A stretch of DNA of 64,000 nucleotides from Entomortierella parvispora E1425 (GCA_020891255.1 BQFW01000005.1:1240001-1304000), one strand, 5' to 3'. Positions 22,744-35,227 are shown, numbered from the stretch's first letter. Program-made: numbers and translations. Notes: generated by a model not told the origin, from the sequence alone.

Positions 22744-24450
22744 CTATGTTGTCCTTCGGGTGTTGAAGTCCCAAGAGCTCAACACACTGTTATATGCACG
22801 ACTTCCAAAAAACTTTGCCAAGGGGTCTGACTTTCGAGCCCGTTCCAGCATTTCTACTGCCTCCTCGTGAGATCCCACTGCTCCCTTGAGTACAGCCTCG
22901 CGGATTGTCCGGACGAGCCGGCTGTTGTTGTGAAAGGTCTTAAAGTACTCTGCGGAAAAGATCTTTTCCTCCCAAGCGGGTCCATGGATTTCTACTAGAT
23001 GTTCGATGGCAGGTTCATCCTCCCAGCCTTCGGTCCACTCTTTCCAGACATCCGCAACCGAGTCGAGATTATGAACCGGAAACGGAAACTTAACTTGATG
23101 AACAGATGATCGTGAGCGTGATGTCACAGCCCTTACGGGACCCTCATAGGCACTGGTATCGTTGGCATGGCTAACTCGCTTGCGCTTCTTAATAACGGGG
23201 ATGATGCCTTGTTGATGAATACTGTTGGTGGGGGTTGAGCGAGTACTGGAGTGATCCTCCAAGGAACTGGATCGCTGGATCTTCTCTCTGGGGGTATCAT
23301 CCCCCTCGGGCGCTCGGCGCTGAGCTACAAGGGACTGGTAGAATGTTGTGATAGAGTGTCCATTCCGTGCGTGCTCGAGGCTTCGAATCGCCTCTTCATC
23401 CGATTCGCCCTGCTTTCGAACGAGACGTACGTACTCTCTCACAATGGCGGCACGACTAGAGAAACGAAAGCCATCTCCCGTGAACTTCCATTTCGATCCA
23501 AACTTTCGGTAAAGACTTTGGATAGAAGGTCCTCCTTCGAAACCGAAACGCCACTCTTGCAGGACATCCGGAACAGTAATAACTCTGGGATTCAATCTGT
23601 ACGTGGTAACAGTGGTAGAACTGGGTGGACGACCAACAAAGCCGCCTTTGCCTTTTCCACTTACAGGTGGTTCCAGGAATTCGTGAGCCTTGAACTGAGA
23701 GTAGTCTGACTGAGCATCATTACTGCCGTTGCCTCTATTACTGACGGGTTCCACTGTCTTGGTTGGTTTCGCTGCGACCTGAACGGCAGTCATGATTTCA
23801 GTTGGTTGACGGGTACGGCTGACAGGGGGTGCTGCTGGCAAAGTGGAGGCCACGGGTAGGCTCTGTGTTCGATCCGGGGTTGAGTCAACGGAAGTATCCT
23901 CCATTGGAGGAGAAGCAGCAGTCGACAGGTCTCTTGATCGCACGACCTCCTTTCCCTTTGATCTCCACGATGAAGTTGGTTTCGAGAATGTCGTCGGCGA
24001 TGATTGTTCAGACACACTCTGTGAACTTCTCTCTACAAGTTTTGCCAAAGGCACCATGAAATCCCTGATGCCATTGAGTCGAGACACGGTCGGATTGTGA
24101 CGAGAAAGAATCTCCATCCTTTCTTCCAGCGGCGCCACAAACTCCTTTGCATATAGCATGACGGTCTCAAGGGTGGGCGTTTTGCTCAATTCATTTTCAT
24201 TGCACCAATCCTAACAATAACAATAAAAATATATCAGTCCTTTGCTACCGATAAGACAAGAGGGACAGGGCGTTTCGAGAAAGTGTTTTCTCTTTTTCTT
24301 CTTACCTCCCAATAGATAAGGCCCTTATCTTCCTTGGGCAAAGTAGCGGCGCGGGCAGCTCTTTTCTTTGTTTCCGTCTCGTCTTCACTTGGGGATTCCT
24401 CGTGTCTTTTGCTTATGTATGCATTCGCGTGTCCGTTCGCGCTTCCACTC
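22744..24450 (-). CDS. GCR1_C-domain protein paralog 3 (start codon not located)
   Basis: Exon ending LPKEDKGLIYWE|GTAAG at 24306, exon from 24210 (TAG|DWCNENELSKTPT); YRLNPRVITVPDVLQEWRFGFEGGPSIQSL and FPVHNLDSVADVWKEWTEGW domains. No in-frame ATG between the TAG near 24452 and the donor. Confidence 0.75.
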
Positions 24451-24870
24451 GACTATACATTACGAGAGGCAGGACGAGGATGCTTCAGCGTTCATGGTTT
24501 CACACAATGTGATTGACAGTTGTTTTGGTTCATTCTCTGAGCGACTGGTTACCTGTCCTGATGATGACGATGGGAAATGAAACGAGCCAATCATGATAGT
24601 GTTGGCCAAAAGGTGATGAGGGGTGAGCAAGAGAGATGCGGATGAATGGAATGACGAAAATAACCCGACAGCAAGGAGGGCAAGTGCGACGTGATCCTCA
24701 TGCACCATTCACCATTTTCCCGGTCACGTGTACTGGATCGCGCGCACAAGAACGGCGGGCTTGTACTCTGGCAAGCATGCACAGCCACTCAAGAGAAGAA
24801 GGATGGAGGCAGGCTGGAGTGCATGTCTTCCTTCTGTTGCTTTCCATCTCGCACCATCCACCTGTCGCAG

Positions 24871-26658
24871 ATGACGACCAGAATCTCCATCTTTGACATT
24901 CCACTTCTCTTGGACCTGGTCTGTCAGGACCTGGCCCAGGGCGATATCAACAGGTGCACCCGCGTCTGCAAACACTGGCACGCAGTATTTTATCCTCGTC
25001 TATGGCAACATATCCGTATCTCTCGAAAGTATATCCTCAAGCGGTTCAGGACAGAGAGCATGGTTTCTTTGCTCAAGGAGAACTCCTCGCTTCTTCAATC
25101 CATCACTACGTACTACTCGGAGGTGTTTCGGTGGCTGGGCGATAACCCTCCACTGGACAGGAGAGAACCCAAACATGGGCTTGTATTCAACTCCGGACAA
25201 AAGACGAATCGTGAGAATAATGTCAATTCCCTCATTGGCGGCACTCGAAGGGACGAAAACTTTGGTGTCCATCGACTGTCAATCAAAGAAGAAAACAGTG
25301 CCTCCCTTTCCCCCTCTGCTGACACCTGCCATGGACAGCCCGTTGTCTTCCAGAAGTCCCATGGAGAATTTGCAACCCGAGGATTATTCCAGCCATTTTC
25401 CTTCAGCAGACTAACTGTTATTCAGTGTTTCAACCACACCAGAAAACAGTCCAACGTCGAAGCAAACCTGAATCACCTTGACCGACTCTTGGACATTGTT
25501 GAACTGTCACTCAATCTCTTGGTTTTGGAGTTGAACCAGTTCCGGTTCTTGGATACGAATGTGGATCGCCTTTCTACCGTCGTCTGGAACCACCCGTCAT
25601 TACAGGATTTGACAGTGTGCTCACGGAGAGCTCTCTATCATACTGACGTTAGAGATATCCTCCGTCACTGCTCTCGATTGAAGCGGCTCAAGCTTGGAGG
25701 CTATCCCTTTACAAGATCCTACAATGTAGAGCCAGCATCTGAAGAGTATGACTACTCTAGATTCGCACCACAATCCAGCTTGAATGAGCTAGACTTTGGC
25801 AATCTTCATTCGTGGCAAGGAGATCTTTTGGATCCATTTTTCAAAGACTGTGGTCAGGTTCAGCGGATCGTTGTGCCACAACGGATTGAAGTCACTTCAT
25901 TTGCAGAGGCCATCAAGAACCACATGCCGTATCTCACTTTTCTGGACCTGTCGTGTTCCAAATTGTATGGCATTGAGATGGCTGCCTTGATAACCGCGGT
26001 CCCAGCATTGGAGGGCTTTAAAGCACCAGTAGGACTCTTTGTCAAAGGAAATACAATTCTCGCATTGTTGTGCCACGAGATGACGCTGACAGAGATCCAC
26101 ATCGTCGGTTGCTCTTGCTTGGGAGGGGGACACGTTCAGGAACTGTTGACGCGCTGTCCACACCTTGTTTCCCTCCAGGCAGCCAGCACTCGGCCGCGAT
26201 CTACAAATCGACATGACGATATAGTGTTGACAGTGTCAGATATTGAACTAAACCAACAACCTTGGCGCTGTAAGGGACTCCGGTCGTTGTCTTTGATGTT
26301 TGCCTCCGAAGAGACAGAATTGATCCCAAAGACAATCTGCGATCGCGTGGGACAATTGGTTCACCTGGAAGACCTTTTCTTGAGGCGACAGTCAGATACG
26401 GAGAATCTGCACCCGCGTGCTATACCGGCTCCCGCCCTAATCACCAATACTACGATGGCTCCAGAGTCCACTCTTATTGATGATGCCACTTCTTCGGCAG
26501 TAGAAACCGACACTCTAGAAGCAGTCGTCAAGATGAGCCTAGGGCTGCAGAAACTACGCAACCTAGAGTTTGCAAACTTTGAATGCTATCAGGGAAGGGA
26601 CCAACTGTTGAGACTAAAAAAAAGAGTGCCAAAGCTGAGATATGTACTAGACTACTAG
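24871..26658 (+). CDS. F-box-like / RNI-like LRR protein
   Basis: MTTRISIFDIPLLLDLVCQDL...CTRVCKHWHAVFYPRLW; LRR-like repeats; QPWRCKGLRSL C-terminal block. Confidence 0.8.
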   Translation: MTTRISIFDIPLLLDLVCQDLAQGDINRCTRVCKHWHAVFYPRLWQHIRISRKYILKRFRTESMVSLLKENSSLLQSITTYYSEVFRWLGDNPPLDRREPKHGLVFNSGQKTNRENNVNSLIGGTRRDENFGVHRLSIKEENSASLSPSADTCHGQPVVFQKSHGEFATRGLFQPFSFSRLTVIQCFNHTRKQSNVEANLNHLDRLLDIVELSLNLLVLELNQFRFLDTNVDRLSTVVWNHPSLQDLTVCSRRALYHTDVRDILRHCSRLKRLKLGGYPFTRSYNVEPASEEYDYSRFAPQSSLNELDFGNLHSWQGDLLDPFFKDCGQVQRIVVPQRIEVTSFAEAIKNHMPYLTFLDLSCSKLYGIEMAALITAVPALEGFKAPVGLFVKGNTILALLCHEMTLTEIHIVGCSCLGGGHVQELLTRCPHLVSLQAASTRPRSTNRHDDIVLTVSDIELNQQPWRCKGLRSLSLMFASEETELIPKTICDRVGQLVHLEDLFLRRQSDTENLHPRAIPAPALITNTTMAPESTLIDDATSSAVETDTLEAVVKMSLGLQKLRNLEFANFECYQGRDQLLRLKKRVPKLRYVLDY

Positions 26659-28035
26659 TTTAGGACCCTCAAGACTTGCTATTATTTCTAAAGACACTAC
26701 GAGTAATTTAGTGCAAAATGGTGTACCTGCATGGAGGATCAGCCTCTGTGGATCCCACATCCATGCACAAGTGGCCCTGGAGTAGCCCTACTATGGCGTG
26801 ATAGCTTCCTACGTGTATTTTATTATCCAGGCGGAACTGCTGCTGAACAACCTTGTACCTCAACAGAAACAGAAAAGGCCCCAGTTTGACAGTGGATCTC
26901 TTGAACTGGGCTTTGAGAACTGTAGTGAATACAGGGCGGATGGCGAGAAAATATGCAGAGGAGCAATAAGGAGCAATGTACAGATCCGAGATACCGGGGT
27001 GGGAAAAAGGGGCCGATCTGCAATGTTCGCAGCCCGCTCCGTCCATGCGATCACTCTTCTTCTTGGCTGCTTGACAGGGGTGAAGAGATTCAGCCAGTAG
27101 TGAAACCAGTAGAAACGCGTCCTGCACGCGTGTCTTCATCCACTACCCCTATATGCCGTTTCTCTTTATTACAACCCCTCTCCTCAATGTATCTGCGGCT
27201 GGCCACTCTTAGTTAATTTAATTTTCCTTGCATACAGATATGAGCGATATGTTTGCTGAGGAGAACAAAAAAACTTGCAGTGGAGAAGTCCTCCTTTCTG
27301 AAGCACACAAGCGGAAGAACAAAAGAGAAATATCAATCCCCAGGACGATCCTTAGCCCATTGGGCAGTGGAGGGAAAAGAATACATTAGGGTAGCCAGGG
27401 AGTAAAGTGGATATCTTACCTGGGACTCATCCACGATGGGTAGACGGGCCGGTGAGGAAATGAGCTCCCTGGCAACCCGTCACTCTGGGAGAAATACCGT
27501 TACCGAGGGTACCAAAATCAATTGGGTCAATTTGGAATGAAATTGCTCTCACATCACCTTCAACGAAAATCTCAAAAGGCGTGGGCGGGCGGCGGGCAAT
27601 CGAAGCGCCTTGGTAAAGTGTAAAGAGGAATAAAACACACAGACTAAAATCATTGAAGCTGGCTCTCAAAAAATCACCGGTCTTTTTCGCTTTTTTCTTA
27701 TACCAGGGATTGGAAATGAGTGAGCTGGGCAGACCCTGGGGTTTGTATATGTGGCACTGGGGCCAGCGTCTAAAAGTGCACTAACGTCCTGCAGTCAAGC
27801 CCTGCGTTGAATGAGATCGTGGCCTTGGAGGAGGACAATGTATGGAGGAGACGGTACCTGCAGATGGGGCGGGGGTTGATCGACCCTTGTTGCTCGGAGG
27901 GTATGCTTAATTGAACTAGTTCGTACCCAGGAACCATAATGAAATAATCGTTTGTTTCCTCCAGGGGTTGGAGTGTCAAGCGTCGCACGCAGGATGTAAC
28001 AGCAGCTGTGAGCATGGCATGTGCATTGCTCTGCC

Positions 28036-28043
28036 TATAAAAA
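28036..28043 (+). promoter_or_regulatory. TATA box of the subtilisin gene
   Basis: TATAAAAA about 160 bp upstream of the ATG, followed by a pyrimidine-rich leader. Confidence 0.5.
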
Positions 28044-28194
28044 GAGACGACCTGTATGCTCATTCCTCTCTTCATCCTCAGTTCTCCACCTCTTCCCCTC
28101 ACCAGCTCTACAGCACTCCCTCACAAGCTTTTACAGCGACTTCTTCCTCCCCACCTAACAAAAAGAAACCTCCCTCACACACTTCCCTTTCACC

Positions 28195-29415
28195 ATGAAG
28201 TACATTTCCCTCCTCGTTGTCGCCTGCTTGGCTTGGTCCTCGGCCTCGACTGACGCAGCTCCTACCTTGATCAATGCTCAGGGAGGTGCCAACGCCACCT
28301 CTGTTGCTGGATCCTACATTGTCATTCTCAAGGACGCCTCCTCCACCTCGTCCTTCCAGCCAAAGCTCAACAACCTTGTCCACCGTGTCCACAACGGTCG
28401 CAACGGTGGTCCCAAGCTCTCCATCAACCAAAAATTCGAGTCCTTCAAAGGCTACCATATCAAGACAAGCGGTGGTAACGCCAATGTCGCCCTGAAAGAG
28501 TTGTTGAGCATGGATGAGATTGACTACATTGAGCAAGATCAGATTGTCACTCTCCAGGGCACCCAAAACAACCCTCCTTCCTGGGGTCTGGCTCGCGTCT
28601 CTCAACGCGGTGCTCTTCAGAACCAGAGGACTCCTTACAAGTTCCCTAACCAGGCTGGTGCTGGAGTGACCGCCTATGTCATCGACACTGGTATCAACAC
28701 GGCCCACGTTGAGTTCCAGGGCCGCGCCAAGATGGGCGCCAACTTTATTCGGGGATCGCCCAACACAGACGAAAACGGTCACGGTTCCCATGTGGCTGGA
28801 ACCATCGGCGGTGCAACCTATGGTGTGGCCAAAAAGGTCAACCTTGTGGGCGTCAAGGTCTTGAACGCTCAGGGTCAGGGTTTGAACTCGGGCATTGTGG
28901 CCGCCATGGATTGGGTGATCAAGAACAACAAGGGCAAGAAGGCAGTCGTCAACATGTCTCTTGGAGGCGGGTCCTCCAGAGCCGTGAACGATGCTGCTGC
29001 TCGTCTCTACAGGGCCAACATCCCCGTGATTGTCGCTGCCGGTAACGATGCAAACCAGAATGCTTGCAATGGATCGCCTTCGGGAGCCCCTGCTGCCTTT
29101 GCTGTTGGCGCTTCGGACATCCGGGACAATGTTGCTTCCTTCTCCTCTTTCGGTAACTGCGTCAAGATCTTTGGACCCGGTGTTCAGATCACCAGTGCTT
29201 GGATCGGTAGCAGGAACGCCCGTAACACCATCTCGGGTACCTCCATGGCCACTCCTCACGTTGTCGGTGTCGCTGCTTTGTACTTGAGCTCCCAGCCCAA
29301 CTTGAAGACCGCTTCCCAGGTCTACCAGACTTTGGCCTCGACCGCCACCAAGAACGTTGTCCGTGGCGGCCTTCGTGGATCCGCCAACTTGTTGGTCTTT
29401 AACGGAGCCAAGTAA
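28195..29415 (+). CDS. Secreted subtilisin-like serine protease (S8, proteinase K type) with I9 propeptide
   Basis: Signal peptide; GSYIVILK propeptide; catalytic triad motifs VIDTGI (D), [10 protein letters not shown] (H), [10 protein letters not shown] (S); oxyanion AAGN; intronless. Confidence 0.97.
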   Translation: MKYISLLVVACLAWSSASTDAAPTLINAQGGANATSVAGSYIVILKDASSTSSFQPKLNNLVHRVHNGRNGGPKLSINQKFESFKGYHIKTSGGNANVALKELLSMDEIDYIEQDQIVTLQGTQNNPPSWGLARVSQRGALQNQRTPYKFPNQAGAGVTAYVIDTGINTAHVEFQGRAKMGANFIRGSPNTDENGHGSHVAGTIGGATYGVAKKVNLVGVKVLNAQGQGLNSGIVAAMDWVIKNNKGKKAVVNMSLGGGSSRAVNDAAARLYRANIPVIVAAGNDANQNACNGSPSGAPAAFAVGASDIRDNVASFSSFGNCVKIFGPGVQITSAWIGSRNARNTISGTSMATPHVVGVAALYLSSQPNLKTASQVYQTLASTATKNVVRGGLRGSANLLVFNGAK

Positions 29416-29889
29416 TAGCTACCACAAATATCATCATTCGCTTGCGTTGATAGTCGACGTTGCCCCTCTCTCCTCATAGATCTCATAGACGATCCCTTCC
29501 TTTCCTGCTTTCAGATTTGTCTTCTCTCTCATGAAAGCCATGACATCTGCTTTGTATTTAGTCCATGTAAAAACCTCTTCGAAAAAGAACCTATCAAGGC
29601 TCAATAAAAAAATGAGGACCGCGTCCCTCAACAGCACCATAACCACTTGCTTGCCAACACTCTCCCACTGATATCACCAAAAAAACAAACGCGTCTTGTG
29701 CAAAAAAACAAAATAATCACGTGATTAGTTTTGTATTTCTCTGGGCGGGACATGCATGACATCGAAGCCCACTCTCTCAGGAACACAGGTAAAGAATACA
29801 GCATGTCCCCGATGGAGCTCGGTCAAATGGGCCATTGTCGGGCAGGGTACTGATTTCTTCCATTCTCCTTGCTCTTATGGTAGTCATTC

Positions 29890-32413
29890 ATGGACCTCCC
29901 CCACAAAAAGAGAAGGTCGACTGTGTTCAACAACTATCTTCGAGATGTTGCCCTAGAGGAAGAGGAGAGAAGGAAGCGGCGAATGAGGGCCATTCGCGCT
30001 GCCGCCTTGCCGGAGGAAGACAGGGGAATCACATATTGGGAGGTAAGGCCATGCATTGAGAAGTGCCATTGATTGGTCGAACTTAATGCAATGTCGCCTG
30101 TCTTGCTTTATTGACATGCACCTTTTTTTTTTTTTTTTTTTTTTTTTGGACAAACCGAAGGACTGGTGCGAGGAAAGTGGCTGGGACAAGGCGCCGACCT
30201 GGGACAAGGTTACTCAGTTTATGGAGGAAGTAGTGACACCTATGGAGGACAAGATCAATGGTCTTTCACTCCAGGACCCGTCGATCAAACCCATCAGCGG
30301 CACCAGAGCATTTATCCTACCAATATTCCGTCTTCAGAAGTTTCTCAGACGGGAGGCTAAAGAGGCTCACTATGTCGATCGATCAACAAGTACGAACTCG
30401 ATTCTCTACGTCGACCGTTCAACGGCCATGGATGCGATTCACTATGTCTATCAGTCAACGAGCATGGACAAAGTTCAGTACGTCAATCGGTCGACGGGCA
30501 TGGACAAAGTCCACTATGCTAATAAAACAACTGGCATGGACAGGACTCACCACGTTGACAAGTCAACAGGCATGAAAGAAATTCGCTCCGTCGATCAATC
30601 AACATGCATGGACCCTATAGCGATGGCGATGCATCCCTCCAAGTCCAGCCCTGCAAATCCAGCACCACAACTGTGGTCGGCCAAGGCTCAACCAGAAATA
30701 TCCTGTAAGGGATATTCAGCATCAGCATCAGCATCTAGCGAGATTCTCAAAGTGCACCATAAGCCGGGTGGTTTGGAAATAGAGGTGATCGACCTAGATC
30801 TGGACGACGACGATCATCAGCAAACTCCAGGAGCTCCGCCCATACCAGCGTCTAGTTCTGACAATCCGATACCCCCACAGCAACAAATCATGACCCGACG
30901 TCGCGTGTCTTCAGTCGCGTCTTCATTGGTACCAAGTAGTATCCCCAATTTGTTCAGTGAGCTAAGGCACCAGGAGCAGCAAACGATCGACCTGGAAACG
31001 GACCATCATATTGGCAGTCCTGACTCCGTGGGCAATCGCCCTCGTTTGGATGCTGAAAAGATTGAGATACTTCCTGGGTGGATGGTTCGCGACGGTAATG
31101 AATCGAAGAAAGCGACTTTAAAGCACAGCCTGAGTACGAATGTCAAGACTGTATTCGATGTACTGCTGGAGTGGTGCCATGGAATCGACGGAGGACTTGC
31201 TATCCAAGATCTCGACAGAAAATACCGAGCGCAATGGAGGGTTGAGACGGATCAAGGATTTTATGAAGTCCGAAGAGGGATCGTAAAGGAGTATAAGCGA
31301 TTGGTCATGGCAGAAAAGCAAACGGAAGAGGAAGCAATTGCGACTCTGGAGCGGTTGCAGAACCAGGATGATCTGTCGACTCTACATTCTGCCATTATCG
31401 CTGGACGCGACAAGAAATCGGCGAAGCGACAGGCAGACGACCACGGTGTGAGGAGCTTGGCGAAACGCAACACGGTGGATGCTCCTCCTCTGCGGAAAGC
31501 ACATCGTCCCATGACGTCCATGGCTCCTGAAAAACGAGGGCAACTTGTTCTGAAGTTCAAGCCTATTCTACACAAACCCCGAGTGAGAGCACAACCACGA
31601 CCAAAATCGCAGGCGCAATCGACAACACAGACGCAATCGACAACACAGGCACAATCGACAACACAGGCGCAGTCGACAGCACACGCGCAACCGAGAGCAC
31701 AAGTGCAACCGAGAACACAAGCGCAACATGCAGCACAACCTCAGGCTGAAGCACAACCTCAGATTGCAGCACAACATCAGGCTGCAGCACAACATCATTT
31801 ACCAGCACGATCACACCCAGCAGCGGCACAATCTGATTCGAAAGAGTTACAGTCAGTAGCACAGTTACAAAGTGCAGCACCATTACGGCCAACAGCAGAG
31901 TTCCAGCCAGCAGCACAGTTACAGATAGCAGCACAACGGCAATATACTTTGGCACTGAAACCTCCCGTGCTGCAAGAACAGCGCCCCGCGGCATCCAGAC
32001 TGCCAGTACAATTTCCATTCCCCATCCGCCATGTGAGCTCCGTCAAGGCCGTTTGGCGAGAATGGACAGTGGGATGGAACGGCGAGCCATCCTTGGAATC
32101 CTTAATCAAGACTCATGGCAAGGTTTGGGGTAAACAGCCGTTCCTCATCCATCATAACCTGTTTTACCACAAGAACCGGGTGGTGACCACTATCCGGGAG
32201 GCTCTCTGCAAAGGGTCAGTCAGTTCGTCGGCAGAGGCGATCAAGATCTTGGACCACCTCCGTGGCGAGATGACGACAGGAGTGTTTCTCCAGAGTCAGG
32301 AGTTCAAGGACATCTTGCGCAAGTGGAACGTGTCCGAGGGATTGAACTCGGCCTTTGATTTGGCGAAGCCAGAACAAGGCCAGTGCGCCCAGTCTCGTCA
32401 AGGTCACGTGTAA
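29890..32413 (+). CDS. GCR1_C-domain protein paralog 4 with internal 12-aa and 6-aa repeats
   Basis: Exon 1 29890-30042 (LPEEDRGITYWE|GTAAG), exon 2 from 30161 (AAG|DWCEESGW); TVFDVLLEWCHGIDGGLAIQDLDRKYRAQWR and FPIRHVSSVKAVWREWTVGWNGEPS domains; seven YVDRSTxMDxxH-like repeats and an AQSTTQ tract. Confidence 0.8.
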
Positions 32414-32602
32414 GCACCATGGGTGCAAGCACGCACAGCGCCACATGCATGCGGGAGAGATTCCTTTTCTTTCCCATGACCCGATCCACATTGAAGGTAA
32501 TCAGCCGTTGTTCATTATTCCGCTTGTTCGGGTAGTGGCCGCAACAGCATCCTCCTAATCTTTGAATGTTCACACTCATTCCAGAAGCAAGCAAGCAGTC
32601 AG

Positions 32603-34973
32603 ATGAAAGTAGACAGTGACCCATCCCTCACGGATGCACAGGAACTAGATGAGAAGTTACAGGAGAGACGGAATACTCTGCCTGAGGAGGACAAGGGACT
32701 CGCCTATTGGGAGGTATGTTGCTCTCTCGTCTTTTCGTGCCGCAATTTCCTAACGTGTTTTGTGTGTCTGGGCATTTTTTAAAAAGCGCGATTTAACACC
32801 CAACTTTCTTCACCGACATGACTAGTTCTGGTGCAATTCAGAGGGTATCGATATGTTACCAACCTGGAGCTCACTTGCTCGATATATCGCCGAGATTGTG
32901 GCTCCAATGGAAGAAGCGGTTAGACAGCAAGCCGTACAGGATCCGACCAAAACCCTTCTCCGAGGAGTAAAAATGTTTCTTGAGCCGGTTGTGAGGTTCA
33001 GGGAAAAACATGAGGCGCTAACAGCCTCAATGACCACACAGCCAGTATTCACACCAGCAAGCGAGCCAGCAAAGACGGCGAATATATCGACTCAGACATC
33101 TCAGCTCAAAAGCTCAAGCAAGAGCGTTCAAGCAACCCCAACGCGTTCTCATTTTTCAACGCAAACACCCCTCTCTCAAAAGGGTGTGAGTGTCGGGGTG
33201 CAAGCCGTATCAACAAGGGCACAAAAATCAACTCAAACATCTACTTCTGTCTCTGCCGCTCTTACCGCCTTATCATCCTGCAATGGAGGATCGAAGCGTG
33301 CAACAAGTGCTGTCGTGTCCAAGGACGTCGAGGCACCTCAGTTAACACCTCAGTTACTTCAACATCAGGAAACGTCTGGACCGGGAGGACCAAGTTCATT
33401 ACCTGTTATTAAGCAGGAACAAGGACTTTCCAAAAAGCGTCTGCTTGGCGCTCAGGACTCTTTTGTTATCAATGGTCGGCTAGAAGTACAGGCAGACAAC
33501 TCAATGGAATCAGCTCATCTTGCAAGTGATCGAGGTATTACACCCAAGCCTTCAACTGCATCTATCATGCCAAGCACATCCAGCTCATCCAGGGCATCTA
33601 GGACAGTCAGTGCATTCGTCACAGCTACTACGTCTGCCACCGCCAGCGCATCCGTCACGACCAGTAAATCCATCACGGCTACCACACCCAGCACGACTCG
33701 CACATCAAACACAACCAGCACATCTGTAGGGGCCAGCATAGGCAGCTCATCCAGTTCTTCCGGCTCGTCCAGTTCTTCCGACTCGTCCAGCTCTTCCGAC
33801 TCGTCCAGCTCTTCCGGCTCGTCCAGCTCTTCCAGCTTGCCAGCGTCAGCCCCCGCACAACATAACCGACCTGCAGTAGAGTCAAATAGACCTTCAACAA
33901 CGGCACTACCTAGTTCTATCAAAGCAAAGTCAACCAAAGCAGGGCATGCTACCATTACCAGCCCAAAATCAGCAACTGGCCGCTCTCTTCCTAGCCCAGT
34001 TCCTAGTCCGCCAAAGGATTTGCCATTTGAGGACGATCAAATTCTAAGCAATGGTAGCGATTATTCTGTAGCTATCGACGAAGATCTGTATCCCACTTTT
34101 AAGGCCGAAGAATTCCAAGTTATGACTCCGGGAAATACATGGAGCCCACAGGCAGCTTTAGGAGATTTTCGATATGTATGGAGTGACGATGTTAAAACCG
34201 TCCCCCAAGTTCTTGAAGAATGGCGCTTTGGGGTCAAGGGTAAACCGTCGATCCAGGACCTCAATGCTATGTTCTCGGGTCGATGGTGGGATGTGGCTGA
34301 CACGGGCCTATTGGAGACTCGATCAGTTATCGTATCAGAATACGTCCGGTTAGTCCTTCGCGGTGGGTATTCCAATACAAGGGCTATTCAAACGCTGGAC
34401 AGACTTCGAGGTGTGACGGGCATCGACACCCTAGTCGATGCTCTTCGAGTTCAACGAGAGCTTGCGTCCGAGATCAAGCAGCAAGCGCTAGGCAAGGTGG
34501 ATGCAGGAGAAGGGGGAGGGCCATCTCAGAAACGCGCCAAGTTAGATCCATCCTTGGTGAATGAGGCTGAAGGTGAGGCCATAGCGCAGTCGTTGTTTCC
34601 TATCCGTAACTTTAATTCGATCGACAATATCTGGACAGAGTGGATGGAGGGATGGCAGGGTCAGCCTTCTGTTGCATCTTGGATCAGGGAGCATGGCAAA
34701 TTTTGGGTAGACGATAACCAAGCCCGAGCCGCCTCTTTTCAGGTCAAGCAGCGATTGGTGAACGTTATCAAAAAGGCGGTCGGTATTGGGGCTGTGGCCT
34801 CGGCCAAGGAAGCCATCCAAGCAATGGAGAAGGCTCGGGGACAGAAGTCTGCCAAATCATTTGCTACGGGTCAATCCCTGCACGAGTTGCGGGTGATCTG
34901 GGGAATCGCTGAGAAGTATAAGGCAAGAGAGAAGTATAAGCCGAGAGAGAATAAGCAAAGCAACAATAAATAG
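32603..34973 (+). CDS. GCR1_C-domain protein paralog 5 with TQT motifs and a Ser-rich tract
   Basis: Exon 1 32603-32713 (LPEEDKGLAYWE|GTATGT), exon 2 from 32826 (TAG|FWCNSEG); KTVPQVLEEWRFGVKGKPSIQDLN and FPIRNFNSIDNIWTEWMEGWQGQPS domains. Confidence 0.8.
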
Positions 34974-35126
34974 GCGTCTGAACTTCTTTTCCCTCAGCGT
35001 GAGGCTGCAGACAACCGACTGGCCGACTGGGTCATGAGGACAAAGAGAGAGTGGGTCGGATGTGTTGCATAAATGTACCCCAAGGTCAATGGTTGAGCCA
35101 TCCTCAAAAAAAAAAAAAAAAAAAAA

Positions 35127-35227
35127 TGGGAGAAGGAGGGATTTGAACCCACGACTACAAAGTAGACTGCATCAGAATCTCGATGACTTTGGGTAGCAGC
35201 GCCTTAGACCTCTCGGCCACTTCTCCC
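35127..35227 (-). tRNA. Intron-containing tRNA-Leu-like gene with an aberrant anticodon arm (CAA, or CCA under strict numbering); possibly a pseudogene
   Basis: Reverse complement: GGGAGAAG TG GCCGAGAGGTCTAAGGC G CTGCTACCCAAA GTCATCGAGATTCTG A TGCAG TCTACTTTGTAGT C GTGGG TTCAAAT CCCTC CTTCTCCC A, then a poly-T terminator. A- and B-boxes and a long variable arm are present. Confidence 0.7.

Noticed and set aside
26708-27669. ORF with a signal-like start and a Crinkler-like fragment
   Set aside because: Similarity too weak and no consistent gene model.
28108-29259. 383-aa antisense ORF opposite the subtilisin
   Set aside because: Shadow ORF expected from biased codon usage of the sense gene; no motifs.
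35127-35227. Selenocysteine tRNA interpretation of the extended acceptor stem
   Set aside because: No TCA anticodon, and the D-arm is ordinary Leu-type.
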